Below, in pieces: positions 19,536 through 28,725 of a DNA stretch of 64,000 nucleotides. Source of the DNA: an uncultured Coprobacillus sp. (lineage in GTDB: Bacteria; Bacillota_I; Bacilli_A; ML615J-28; CAG-698); contig CAYLPZ010000002.1 in assembly GCA_964385755.1 (NCBI GenBank), positions 8,302 through 72,301 on the forward strand. The letters are read 5' to 3'. Position 1 is the first letter of the stretch. Each line of letters starts with the position of its first letter. The notes under the pieces were generated by a model. That model worked only from the letters and a program-made list of their open reading frames with translations. It was not told the DNA's origin and ran no database searches. A program made the position numbers and the translations under genes.

Positions 19536-21674
19536 TTACTTGTTTATTATATCAATATTATTTTTTTCAATATAATCTTCATACATTTGTTCTTCAACCA
19601 CACTAAATTTTACACAGGTTTCAATATTTTCGGGAACAAAGTAGTACAATGTTTGATCATGATAAACTTCAAAATCTTCCTTAACACCAAATGGTAATGC
19701 GGGTAGATTTTCAAGTCTAAATAAGATGTCAACATTTTCTCCATTCTTTGTTCCAACATATCTTAGACCTTCGTGTGTGAGTGTACATACGCCCTCGCCA
19801 ACAACTGAAAAACCTAATCCTTTATTGTCTGGGTTTTTTAATGTAACTTTGCTTTCAAGTTTGTAGTTTGGATCTTGAATATTCTCTCTTTCAATTTTTT
19901 TCTGATAATTGTAAAAGTCAGTAATTGTATTTGGCACTTTCTCTTGATCAGAAGATAAACTATAATCACTATTTAGCGTAATCACTGTTTTACAATGACT
20001 ACAAGTTATTTTGTTGTTGTGAGTGAAGAAAGAAAACTCACTTTCACAAACTGGGCAGTGGTAGAAGATGTACTCTAACCCTTCCGCAAATTTTTTACCT
20101 TTGAATTTTACTTTTTCTTTCTTAATCCAATCGTATTCATTGTAATATAAATTTTCATTAATGATATCATAAATTTCTTGTAGTGATAATTTATCAATAT
20201 CATCTTTATCAATGATTTTATTCCATGTAACATCTACTCTACCCTTACGGTATGTAGAAGCCCATTTTGGTTTAGTAAAATAATTACCATTTATTTTGAA
20301 TAAGTAAACATTTATTTTTTCTTTTTTGATAAATTTTACTGTACTTGGAATGAATGATTCCATTTCTCCATGTGGAGAAAGTCTTCCTTCAGGTGCTAAA
20401 CCTAAAATACCATTTTCTTTGATTACTTTCTTCATGTTCTTTATAGCACTAATATCAGGTTGATATAAGAACTTTGGAAAACATCCAAGTGCATGTAATA
20501 GTCTTCCTAAATGATAGTTACAAAAATAATAATAAGCAGTCACAATATTAATATTTTGTGGGTATAATGGAGTAAATGCCGCAACAAAATCGAGTGCTGA
20601 ACCATGATTAAATAGTACAACTGATGGTTTTTCAAGTTTTTTAATGCCGTTTTTATTTACTTTAAGATTAAACTTAATTTTTCCCCATAAATATAATATT
20701 TTGGCGAAAAACCAATATAATAATTTATTTTGTTTAGTTACAACACTTGCTTGGAAATCTTTCATTTTCTTTTTTGTGAAAAGTTTTGCGAAAGAAGAAC
20801 TAAATAAAAAGTAAAGAATTGCGTAAGTGAATATTATACATAATAATATTGCACAAGAAAAATATCTTTTTGAGAATAGAAGAACTGAGATAGTAACAAG
20901 TAAAGCAACAAGTGGGATAAATAAAATAATTGTTGATCTAATACTTCTATTTAAGATATGATCATTAATTTGTTTTTTGAATTTAATTAATAATGAAATA
21001 ATAATTAATAACGCAAAACCAAAAATTAATGCAGGGACAAGATTAGTAAGCTTTAATATTTCTGTGTTTAATAATATTGTACTAGTTGCAATACAAACTA
21101 TAATCGATGGTATCGTTCCAAGTGTAGTTACGATGATATAACGCATGAACTTCATATCTTTTTTTGCGGCAGTATATGCTATTAAGCCATAAGGAATTAC
21201 AGGCGCAAAGTATAAACCTAGAATGAACCAAGTAAGACTTTTGGTATCATCATCATTTTTTGTATTGACTAATTTATTAATTTTATCATTATTTACTGCT
21301 TTTTTTGGTTTGATATTAAAATCAAAGAAATGAACAAGAGTATATAAAATGGTGTTACCAATAGCAATTCCAATTATGCAACATACGAAGCCAAAGTATT
21401 TACCTAAAGCAATGCCTGCTAAAAATTGTGTTGGTTCACCAGGAATAATAGTTAAGAATACTTGGAAAGTATTCATTAATATTATTACGATATATTTCCA
21501 AATACCTAATTTTTCTAGTTCTTGTTCAAAAGGTAGATCGTTTCCTGTTAATAACATTTCTTTTATTGGATTATACAAAATATATATAAAATAAAAGAAA
21601 ATTGCTATGAATGAAACAATCAATAAAGCAGAGAAACATTTTCCTATTATAAATTTTAATTTCTCTTTTCTCAT
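19536..21674 (-). CDS. Multidomain membrane protein: DedA/TVP38 domain, PlsC-type lysophospholipid acyltransferase, Cys4 zinc ribbon, C-terminal domain
   Basis: DedA-like block (…IIPGEPTQFLAGIALGKYFGF…); acyltransferase motifs NHGSALD (HX4D) and APEGR; CPVC…CSHC zinc ribbon. 712 aa with many transmembrane segments. Confidence 0.6.
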   Translation of the reverse strand: MRKEKLKFIIGKCFSALLIVSFIAIFFYFIYILYNPIKEMLLTGNDLPFEQELEKLGIWKYIVIILMNTFQVFLTIIPGEPTQFLAGIALGKYFGFVCCIIGIAIGNTILYTLVHFFDFNIKPKKAVNNDKINKLVNTKNDDDTKSLTWFILGLYFAPVIPYGLIAYTAAKKDMKFMRYIIVTTLGTIPSIIVCIATSTILLNTEILKLTNLVPALIFGFALLIIISLLIKFKKQINDHILNRSIRSTIILFIPLVALLVTISVLLFSKRYFSCAILLCIIFTYAILYFLFSSSFAKLFTKKKMKDFQASVVTKQNKLLYWFFAKILYLWGKIKFNLKVNKNGIKKLEKPSVVLFNHGSALDFVAAFTPLYPQNINIVTAYYYFCNYHLGRLLHALGCFPKFLYQPDISAIKNMKKVIKENGILGLAPEGRLSPHGEMESFIPSTVKFIKKEKINVYLFKINGNYFTKPKWASTYRKGRVDVTWNKIIDKDDIDKLSLQEIYDIINENLYYNEYDWIKKEKVKFKGKKFAEGLEYIFYHCPVCESEFSFFTHNNKITCSHCKTVITLNSDYSLSSDQEKVPNTITDFYNYQKKIERENIQDPNYKLESKVTLKNPDNKGLGFSVVGEGVCTLTHEGLRYVGTKNGENVDILFRLENLPALPFGVKEDFEVYHDQTLYYFVPENIETCVKFSVVEEQMYEDYIEKNNIDIINK

Positions 21675-21855
21675 AATTTACCTTCCAATTCTTATATATT
21701 TTATCACATTATATAAAAAAAGCAATATGTACTTAACTTTCAACTACAATTAAATTATATTGTGTTTCTTTTTTTTATTATTAAATAGATTTAATGAATA
21801 TATTCACAAAATATAAAATATATCTCAGATATAAAAATGTCAGTTTATTATCATA

Positions 21856-21912
21856 TATAAATAAAATATTTATTATAAATAAAATATTTATTATAAATAA
21901 AATATTTATGAA
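21856..21912. repeat. Tandem repeat, 3x about 19 bp (ATAAATAAAATATTTATT)
   Basis: Seen directly in sequence, in the AT-rich spacer upstream of the rplU promoter. Confidence 0.6.
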
Positions 21913-22005
21913 TTATAACAAATGTATTGCTAATTTTTATATTAATATTAGTATAATATCTTGTTTGTTTAATAGAATATAAACACAAAAAAAACATAAA
22001 AAAAC

Positions 22006-22035
22006 TTTGACAATAGTTAAAAAATGGTGTATAAT
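22006..22035 (+). promoter_or_regulatory. SigA-type promoter (TTGACA-N18-TATAAT) for the rplU-prp-rpmA operon, followed by a roughly 100-nt leader
   Basis: Consensus -35 at 22006-22011 and -10 at 22030-22035. The 22036-22139 leader may correspond to the ribosomal-protein L21 leader known in Firmicutes (not verified). Confidence 0.5.
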
Positions 22036-22139
22036 AAATATGTTGTAAATACTACAACCGCACTAAATAGGTTTGAAGATATTATTTATTAATACACCTT
22101 TAAGGGCGTGACTTAAAAATTTAATAGGAGGTAAAAGTA

Positions 22140-22439
22140 ATGTTTGCAATTATTGAAACTGGCGGAAAACAATATCGCGTTAGTGAAGGTGAAGAACTTT
22201 TCATTGAAAAGTTAGAAGCTGAAGTTGAAGCTGAAGTTGTTTTTGACAAAGTATTAATGGTAAATGAAAAAGTAGGTGCACCTTACGTTGAAGGTGCTAA
22301 AGTTGTTGCTAATGTTGTTAAACATGGTAAAGCACCAAAAATTATTGTTTACAAGTACAAATCAAAAAAGAACTATCACAAAAAACAAGGTCATCGTCAA
22401 CCTTATACTAAAGTTAAAATTGCTTCTATTGAAGCCTAA
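22140..22439 (+). CDS. rplU: 50S ribosomal protein L21
   Basis: [14 protein letters not shown]… is the canonical L21 N-terminus. Confidence 0.9.
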   Translation: MFAIIETGGKQYRVSEGEELFIEKLEAEVEAEVVFDKVLMVNEKVGAPYVEGAKVVANVVKHGKAPKIIVYKYKSKKNYHKKQGHRQPYTKVKIASIEA

Positions 22440-22452
22440 TTAGGACTTTTAT

Positions 22453-22779
22453 ATGACACATGCTACTATATGGAAAAACGATAAAACAGTAGTTCGTGTA
22501 TTAGTAAAAGGTCATGCAGATTATGCATCTTATGGTAGTGACATTGTATGTAGTTCGATTTCTACTGCGATGATTTTAACAGCAAATCTAATATCTAGAT
22601 TAGCTAAGGAAAATCAATATAAAATAACTATTGAAGAAGAAGATGTAGTTATTGACATTGAGATAATAGAGTTTGATAAGTATGATGTGTTAGCAAATAT
22701 AATGGAAAATTTATTTGATAGTCTTGAAGAAATTCAAACTCAATACCCTAAACATTTAAAAATAACAATTAAAGATTAG
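22453..22779 (+). CDS. prp: Ribosomal-processing cysteine protease Prp (YsxB)
   Basis: DUF464 pattern (…GHADYASYGSDIVCSSISTAM…) between rplU and rpmA. Confidence 0.8.
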   Translation: MTHATIWKNDKTVVRVLVKGHADYASYGSDIVCSSISTAMILTANLISRLAKENQYKITIEEEDVVIDIEIIEFDKYDVLANIMENLFDSLEEIQTQYPKHLKITIKD

Positions 22780-22807
22780 GGATAAAATATTATAAGGAGG
22801 ATTACTC

Positions 22808-23092
22808 ATGTTTAGATTAAATATACAATTTTTTGCGTCTAAAAAAGCAGCTGGTTCTACTAAGAACGGTCGTGATTCACATGCTAAGAGATTAGGATGT
22901 AAGAAATCTGATGGTGAATTTGCTACTTGTGGTTCAATCATTTATCGTCAAAGAGGAACTAAAATTCATCCTGGAACAAATGTAGGTAAAGGTGGAGATG
23001 ATACTTTATTTGCAAAAGTTACTGGAATTGTTAAATACGAGCGCAAAGGTAAAGACAAAAAACAAGTGTCTGTATATCCTGTTGAGGCTTAA
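22808..23092 (+). CDS. rpmA: 50S ribosomal protein L27 (with Prp-cleaved N-terminal extension)
   Basis: …[21 protein letters not shown]… is the L27 pro-peptide plus mature N-terminus. Confidence 0.9.
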   Translation: MFRLNIQFFASKKAAGSTKNGRDSHAKRLGCKKSDGEFATCGSIIYRQRGTKIHPGTNVGKGGDDTLFAKVTGIVKYERKGKDKKQVSVYPVEA

Positions 23093-23100
23093 GAAAATAC

Positions 23101-23132
23101 AATGCACTTTGTTATAAAGTGCATTTTTAAAT
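23101..23132 (+). terminator. Rho-independent terminator after rpmA
   Basis: AATGCACTTT-GTTAT-AAAGTGCATT followed by a T-run. Confidence 0.6.
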
Positions 23133-23158
23133 ATTTTAGAGGGGAGAAAAAGCAAGCT

Positions 23159-24436
23159 ATGTTGATCGATGAGGTAACAATATATGTCAAAGCTGGTAAT
23201 GGTGGTAATGGTTGCGTTGCCTTCCGTCATGAAAAGTTTGTTGCGAAAGGTGGACCATCAGGAGGTAATGGTGGCCGTGGTGGTGATATAATTTTTGTTG
23301 GTGATAAAGGTGTTACTACTTTACTTGACTTTAAATATCATCGCATTATTAAAGCTAAAAGTGGTGAAAATGGCATGGCAAAAGATTGCTATGGTGCTGA
23401 TAGCGAACACGTTTATTTACGTGTTCCACTTGGGACTGTTGTTAAAGACTTAAAAACTAATACTATAATTGCGGATATAACAAAAGATAAAGAAGAAGTT
23501 GTAATCGCAAAAGGTGGAAAAGGCGGAAGAGGTAATGCATCTTTCGCAAATAGTAGAATTACTGCTCCACAAATTTGTGAAAAGGGATTACCTGGAGAAG
23601 AAAAAGAACTAAAACTAGAACTTAAGATGCTAGCTGATGTTGGTTTGATTGGTTTCCCTAGCGTTGGAAAGTCAACACTTTTATCTTCTGTTTCTAATGC
23701 AAAACCAAAGATAGCTGCTTATCATTTTACAACACTAACACCAAACCTAGGTGTTGTTGAAGTAAAAGATGGAAGGAGTTTTGTCATGGCCGATCTTCCA
23801 GGTTTAATTGAAGGCGCATCAAATGGCTTAGGATTAGGTATTAGATTTTTAAAACATATTGAAAGAACAAGGGTATTAGTTCACGTTATTGATATGAGTT
23901 GTGCTGATGGTCGAGATCCTTATGAAGATTATTTGAAAATTAATGAGGAACTTAATAATTACGATCCAATGCTTCTTAAACGTCCACAAATCATTTGCGC
24001 AAACAAAATGGATATGGAAGAAAGTAAAGAAAACTTAAAAGTGTTTAAAGAAAAAATTGGTGATGTTCCAGTTATTCCAATCAGTGCATATACAAGAAAT
24101 AACGTTGATGAATTAATATATAAGATAGCGGATACACTAGAACATGTATCACTTGATGATTTCATTGAGAAAATCGTTGATGAAGTTGTAGAGTACAAAT
24201 TTACTCCAGAAGAAGAACCATTTACTATTACTAGAAGTGACGATGGAGTATATGAAGTTACTGGTCCAATGGTTAAACGATATTTTGATGTAACAGATTT
24301 CTCTCATGACGCTAATGTAAAAATGTTTGCAAGGCGTTTACGTGTGTTAGGAGTAGACGATGCGTTACGTAAACTTGGAGTTAAACATGGTGATACTGTT
24401 AGAGTTTTAGGCTACGAATTTGAATTCTTAGATTAG
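23159..24436 (+). CDS. obg: GTPase Obg/CgtA
   Basis: Obg fold N-terminus (…DEVTIYVKAGNGGNGCVAFRHEKF…), G-domain GFPSVGKST, and Obg C-terminal (OCT) domain. The likely start is the internal Met at 23159, not the 23102 start of the ORF track. Confidence 0.9.
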   Translation: MLIDEVTIYVKAGNGGNGCVAFRHEKFVAKGGPSGGNGGRGGDIIFVGDKGVTTLLDFKYHRIIKAKSGENGMAKDCYGADSEHVYLRVPLGTVVKDLKTNTIIADITKDKEEVVIAKGGKGGRGNASFANSRITAPQICEKGLPGEEKELKLELKMLADVGLIGFPSVGKSTLLSSVSNAKPKIAAYHFTTLTPNLGVVEVKDGRSFVMADLPGLIEGASNGLGLGIRFLKHIERTRVLVHVIDMSCADGRDPYEDYLKINEELNNYDPMLLKRPQIICANKMDMEESKENLKVFKEKIGDVPVIPISAYTRNNVDELIYKIADTLEHVSLDDFIEKIVDEVVEYKFTPEEEPFTITRSDDGVYEVTGPMVKRYFDVTDFSHDANVKMFARRLRVLGVDDALRKLGVKHGDTVRVLGYEFEFLD

Positions 24437-24483
24437 AATTCATCTACAATTTAATAAAAAGAAAGGAACAGGTTTTATCTATT

Positions 24484-25083
24484 ATGAAAGACACTAAAAA
24501 ATTCTTTAAAATTACTTTTACGGGCATATTAATTGCTTTGATGTTTGCATTTTCATGGACTCCACTAGGAATGATTCCACTTGGTATTGCTAGTGCGACA
24601 ACAGTATTCATTCCGGTTGTAATTGGAATAGTATGCTTAAATGATTTTAGGTATTCACTAGTACTTGGTATTTCTTTTGGATTATGTAGTTTAATAAGAG
24701 CACTTTCACCAACAGGTGTATTAGACCCATATTTTCTTAATCCATTAGTTTCTGTTGTGCCACGTACTCTAATGGCTATTTGTACTCATTTAATATATAA
24801 TGTATTATTAAAGGCATTTAGTAAATTAAAATATGGTTATGAAATTTCAAGCTTTATTTGTGGTGGTGTTGCGGCGCTACTTAATACATTATTTACTATT
24901 TCTATTCTAGTTTTAATATATTTCCCAGAACTTACTGAATTATTAACTACAAATAATTCAACAATGGGACTATTTATAAAAGGAATTGTACTTACTAATA
25001 TGCTTCCAGAAATTGCATTAGGTATGATAGTTACGTTTTCGGTAGCTAAAGTATTAAAAACAATAAATAATAAGAAAAAATAA
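24484..25083 (+). CDS. Membrane protein, possibly an ECF-transporter S component
   Basis: About 6 transmembrane segments across 199 aa. The …TTVFIPVVIG… pattern resembles S-component substrate-binding helices. Substrate unknown. Confidence 0.35.
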   Translation: MKDTKKFFKITFTGILIALMFAFSWTPLGMIPLGIASATTVFIPVVIGIVCLNDFRYSLVLGISFGLCSLIRALSPTGVLDPYFLNPLVSVVPRTLMAICTHLIYNVLLKAFSKLKYGYEISSFICGGVAALLNTLFTISILVLIYFPELTELLTTNNSTMGLFIKGIVLTNMLPEIALGMIVTFSVAKVLKTINNKKK

Positions 25084-25128
25084 AATATAACAAAAGCTAT
25101 AAAAATAGCCTTGTAAAATAAAAGACGT

Positions 25129-25157
25129 TTTTCTATCTTAGAAAAGCGTCTTTTTTG
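25129..25157 (+). terminator. Imperfect rho-independent terminator
   Basis: AAGACGTTTTTC-N7-GAAAAGCGTCTT plus TTTTTT. Confidence 0.45.
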
Positions 25158-25495
25158 TTATAAAAGTATATTGAAATCAACTATTAATAATCATATTATA
25201 GATGTTTATTATTGAAAAAAATAAGATGCTCATTAGATGACTTTAATAAAGGATTTTATAAAATGAATTGATAAAATTGTCTAGTATATATGGACAAAGC
25301 AATTGATTTTTTATGTAATAATAAACAAAAATAATTTTATATAAAAAATTAAAAGAATAATATTTAAAGGTAAGCCTTTATATATTAAAAAAAATGATAA
25401 AAAATAATAAAAAAATTGCATTTTTTTTAAAAAAATGATATATTAGTTCTTGCACTATAAAAGTTTACTTTTACATAATGGAGAAAGTATAAAAT

Positions 25496-25930
25496 ATGAA
25501 TATTTTTATTATATTGTTTATTATTTTGGGTATTATAAATATATTTTATAAAAAAATAGTAAAGATGAATATTACTAAAAGTATATGCCTAATTACTTTA
25601 TATATCATATTATTATGTTCGTTTGAATTAGATAATTTAATTGTAAGATTTATTTCTAAACTATTTATTGGATTTAGTGTATATGAGTTATCAAATATTG
25701 CTTTAGATAATAATGAATATACATTATTATTTTTGTTAATATTATCAACAGTTGCAATAATTAATATTGTACTATCATTAATTATTCTTAATAAAAATTA
25801 TCAATTATATAATTTTAAGAAAATTGATGATAGAAAAACTGTTTTTAATAAAAAAACAATTATTTTATTTAATGAAAACATTTATGAATTAAATAAAATA
25901 TATATAGATTTATGTAAGATGTTAAACTGA
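25496..25930 (+). CDS. Hypothetical small membrane protein upstream of the pilin-like gene
   Basis: 144 aa, very hydrophobic with 3-4 transmembrane segments. No family recognised. Extremely AT-rich, so it could be spurious. Confidence 0.3.
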   Translation: MNIFIILFIILGIINIFYKKIVKMNITKSICLITLYIILLCSFELDNLIVRFISKLFIGFSVYELSNIALDNNEYTLLFLLILSTVAIINIVLSLIILNKNYQLYNFKKIDDRKTVFNKKTIILFNENIYELNKIYIDLCKMLN

Positions 25931-25976
25931 TAAGTATTTTTTGGTATATAAAATATAATAAGAAAGGAAAAAGGAT

Positions 25977-28391
25977 ATGAAAAATAAAAAAAATAAAAGA
26001 GCTTTTACAATAGTAGAACTTGTAATTGTTATAGCAGTTATTGCTATCTTAGTCGCTGTTTTGATTCCTACTTTCGCGAAAGTAGTATCAAATGCTAATA
26101 TTAGTTACGATATACAATTAATTCGAAATATAAATACAGCTTTAGCAGTAGATAAAGCATCGGGTAATAAACATAATACAATGCAAGATGCATTAGATGC
26201 GGCTAAAGAAGGTGGATATATTGTTGAGATTATAGCTGCAAAAGAAACAGATAATAAAATACTATGGGATAGTAAAAATGATTTATTTTGTTATTTAGTA
26301 AAAGGGTCAAATACTCCAACATATTACCCAGAATCAAATTTACTGAAGCCTTATGCTAGTGATGATCAATATAACAATGATGAAGTATTTGATGTAGATT
26401 TATGGGAAGTTACTAAAGTTATTCCAACTGTTATTGATAATCAAAAATATTCAATGTATTATGTTGGAAATGATGAAATTGAAAACTTAAGCTTAAAAGT
26501 AGGATTTGATGCAGGTACAGGTGCAAAAACAAAGAACATAAATTATGTTGGAAATATAATTAATCCTAAAGTTGTTATTAATACAAAAAGTTATCAAACA
26601 ACATTGGAAGTAGAAGATGAAGGACAAAGTAGTATTTATCATTATGGAGTAGCTGGGTTACTTAATATAATAAAATGTCATACTACATCATATCATGAAA
26701 ATGGAATAGTAGGATATGTTGAAATATCAAAAGGACGTTTAGTTTTTGAACAAGGATCAAAGGTAACACAAATACATATTAATGCTAATAATAATGCTTT
26801 TGATGAAGTAATAATAGCAGATAATGGACTAGCTAGTTTACCTGTAGTGATAACAAGAGATGAAGTAAGCATTTCTATTCCAATAAGATTAGTTCTTTTA
26901 GAAACAACAAATGAAATAGTTTATGTTTATCCAGCTGGTGGAACAGGAACAACTGCAAAAACAGAAGATCAAAATATTAATATATCATCTGATTTAGGTT
27001 TAAGAATATTAGATACTAGTGAAGTAACTAAATATAGAGATGATGATCAAAAGCAATATGACAAAGAAAATGCAATAGAAGATGGAGTTATTGAAGAATT
27101 AATTAAGGAAGCAGAAGAAAGAGGAGAATCATATGCTGCAAGAATAAATAAAAATTTCTATACAACACTTCAAGATGGTAAAAGTGCTTTGCGAAATGGA
27201 GAAACACTTGTTTTATTAAAAGATTTAACTTTAACAGAAGAATTTGATATTTATTCAGGTTCATGCGTATTAGATTTAAATGGTCATAGTTTAAAATATG
27301 AACCAGAAATTTATCCAAATTATATATCTGCATTTAATGTAAGTAGTAATGCAAAATTATATTTAATAAATAACTCTGAAAACAAAGCAAGTTTTATTCA
27401 TACAAAAACATTTGATGTTAGTGAAAATTATTTTGCTACTATTCAACCAAATGGAACAATGGAAATAGATGGAATTGAGATAATTAATAATCTTAGTTTT
27501 TCAAGTAGTATCTGTAATTGGGGAACATTAAAAATTAAAAATTGTGTTTTTAAAGTTGATAAAGATCCATCTATTAATAATATTACATCAGTGTACACAT
27601 ACAAAAATTCTAATACTACAATAGAAAATACAACATTTTATGCTGCGAAACTAAGCGCGAGTATTCGTGCAAATGGTGGAAATACTATTATTAATAATTG
27701 TGATTTTATTTTACAAGGAGAATATTCAACAGCATTAAGCACATCTAAATGGCAAAATGTAGATTTATCTGTTGAAATTAAAGGTAATTCAAAAATTATT
27801 TCTAATGAACACAAATTTGTAGAGGCTTTACAAATTCAAGGTGGTAATGTTACTCTTTCTGGAAATGTGTATATTGATGCCAAAGGAGGAACTTCAATTA
27901 TAATACGAAGCAATGCTGAATATCCTTCTAAAGTAAAAATAGAAGGTGGAAAATATTATGGAAGAATTTCACTAGAATGTTCTAATGAAGAGACTGAAAT
28001 AGAAATTAATTATGCTAATGTAACTATGGATAAAGTAGCAAAAATAGGAAATAAATATTATAATAATCTTGAATGGGCAATAAAATCGTCAACTAACGGC
28101 GATGAAATCATTCTTCTTGAAGATGAAACTATTAATAATCGTATAGACATTTATAATAAGAATTTCTCTCTAAATTTAAATGGCCACAATATTACTTATA
28201 ATGAAGATGATTGTATATTCTACTTATATAATCAATCAAATATCACAATATTAGATGATACAGATAAAAAGGGAAAATTCAATGCTTATAGGTATTATTT
28301 TATTATAGTAAGTGAAGGCTGCACTTTAGCAATTAAAGATAATGTGATCGGTACTGACCACATTTTGAATGATGGTAGAATAGTAAATTAA
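25977..28391 (+). CDS. Large modular type IV pilin-like protein: prepilin-type N-terminal methylation domain plus C-terminal right-handed beta-helix module
   Basis: N-terminus MKNKKNKRA|FTIVELVIVIAVIAILVAVLIP has a class III signal peptide, Glu at +5, and Ala at -1. It is followed by a pilin-like head and about 550 aa of Asn/Thr/Gly-rich beta-helix repeats; the motif L(D/N)LNGH(S/N)(L/I)xY occurs twice. Confidence 0.6.
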   Translation: MKNKKNKRAFTIVELVIVIAVIAILVAVLIPTFAKVVSNANISYDIQLIRNINTALAVDKASGNKHNTMQDALDAAKEGGYIVEIIAAKETDNKILWDSKNDLFCYLVKGSNTPTYYPESNLLKPYASDDQYNNDEVFDVDLWEVTKVIPTVIDNQKYSMYYVGNDEIENLSLKVGFDAGTGAKTKNINYVGNIINPKVVINTKSYQTTLEVEDEGQSSIYHYGVAGLLNIIKCHTTSYHENGIVGYVEISKGRLVFEQGSKVTQIHINANNNAFDEVIIADNGLASLPVVITRDEVSISIPIRLVLLETTNEIVYVYPAGGTGTTAKTEDQNINISSDLGLRILDTSEVTKYRDDDQKQYDKENAIEDGVIEELIKEAEERGESYAARINKNFYTTLQDGKSALRNGETLVLLKDLTLTEEFDIYSGSCVLDLNGHSLKYEPEIYPNYISAFNVSSNAKLYLINNSENKASFIHTKTFDVSENYFATIQPNGTMEIDGIEIINNLSFSSSICNWGTLKIKNCVFKVDKDPSINNITSVYTYKNSNTTIENTTFYAAKLSASIRANGGNTIINNCDFILQGEYSTALSTSKWQNVDLSVEIKGNSKIISNEHKFVEALQIQGGNVTLSGNVYIDAKGGTSIIIRSNAEYPSKVKIEGGKYYGRISLECSNEETEIEINYANVTMDKVAKIGNKYYNNLEWAIKSSTNGDEIILLEDETINNRIDIYNKNFSLNLNGHNITYNEDDCIFYLYNQSNITILDDTDKKGKFNAYRYYFIIVSEGCTLAIKDNVIGTDHILNDGRIVN

Positions 28392-28725
28392 AAATAACTA
28401 ATTTGAGATATATATTTATTATGATTAATAACTCTTCATGTTAACTGTTTATAAATGTTATTATTAATTAATGATTTAAACGATAATAGGTAATAAAATA
28501 ATAGTTTCTTTATTCATTTATTTTAAAACATAGAATATGTTTATTATTAATTGTATATTAATTTTACAAAAACAAATTGTTTTATTAAATATTATATGTT
28601 TATACAAAACTAATAAAAGGTTTTTCTTCGGAATAAACCTTTTTTTCTTTATAAATATTGTTTCTTTAAATTATTTATAAAACATGATATAATATTATTA
28701 ATAAACTTGAAAATTAGGAGTAATT

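Noticed and set aside
21794-21982. 62-aa ORF (MNIFTKYKIY…) in the rplU upstream spacer
   Set aside because: It is the translation of the AT-only tandem repeat, with no RBS.
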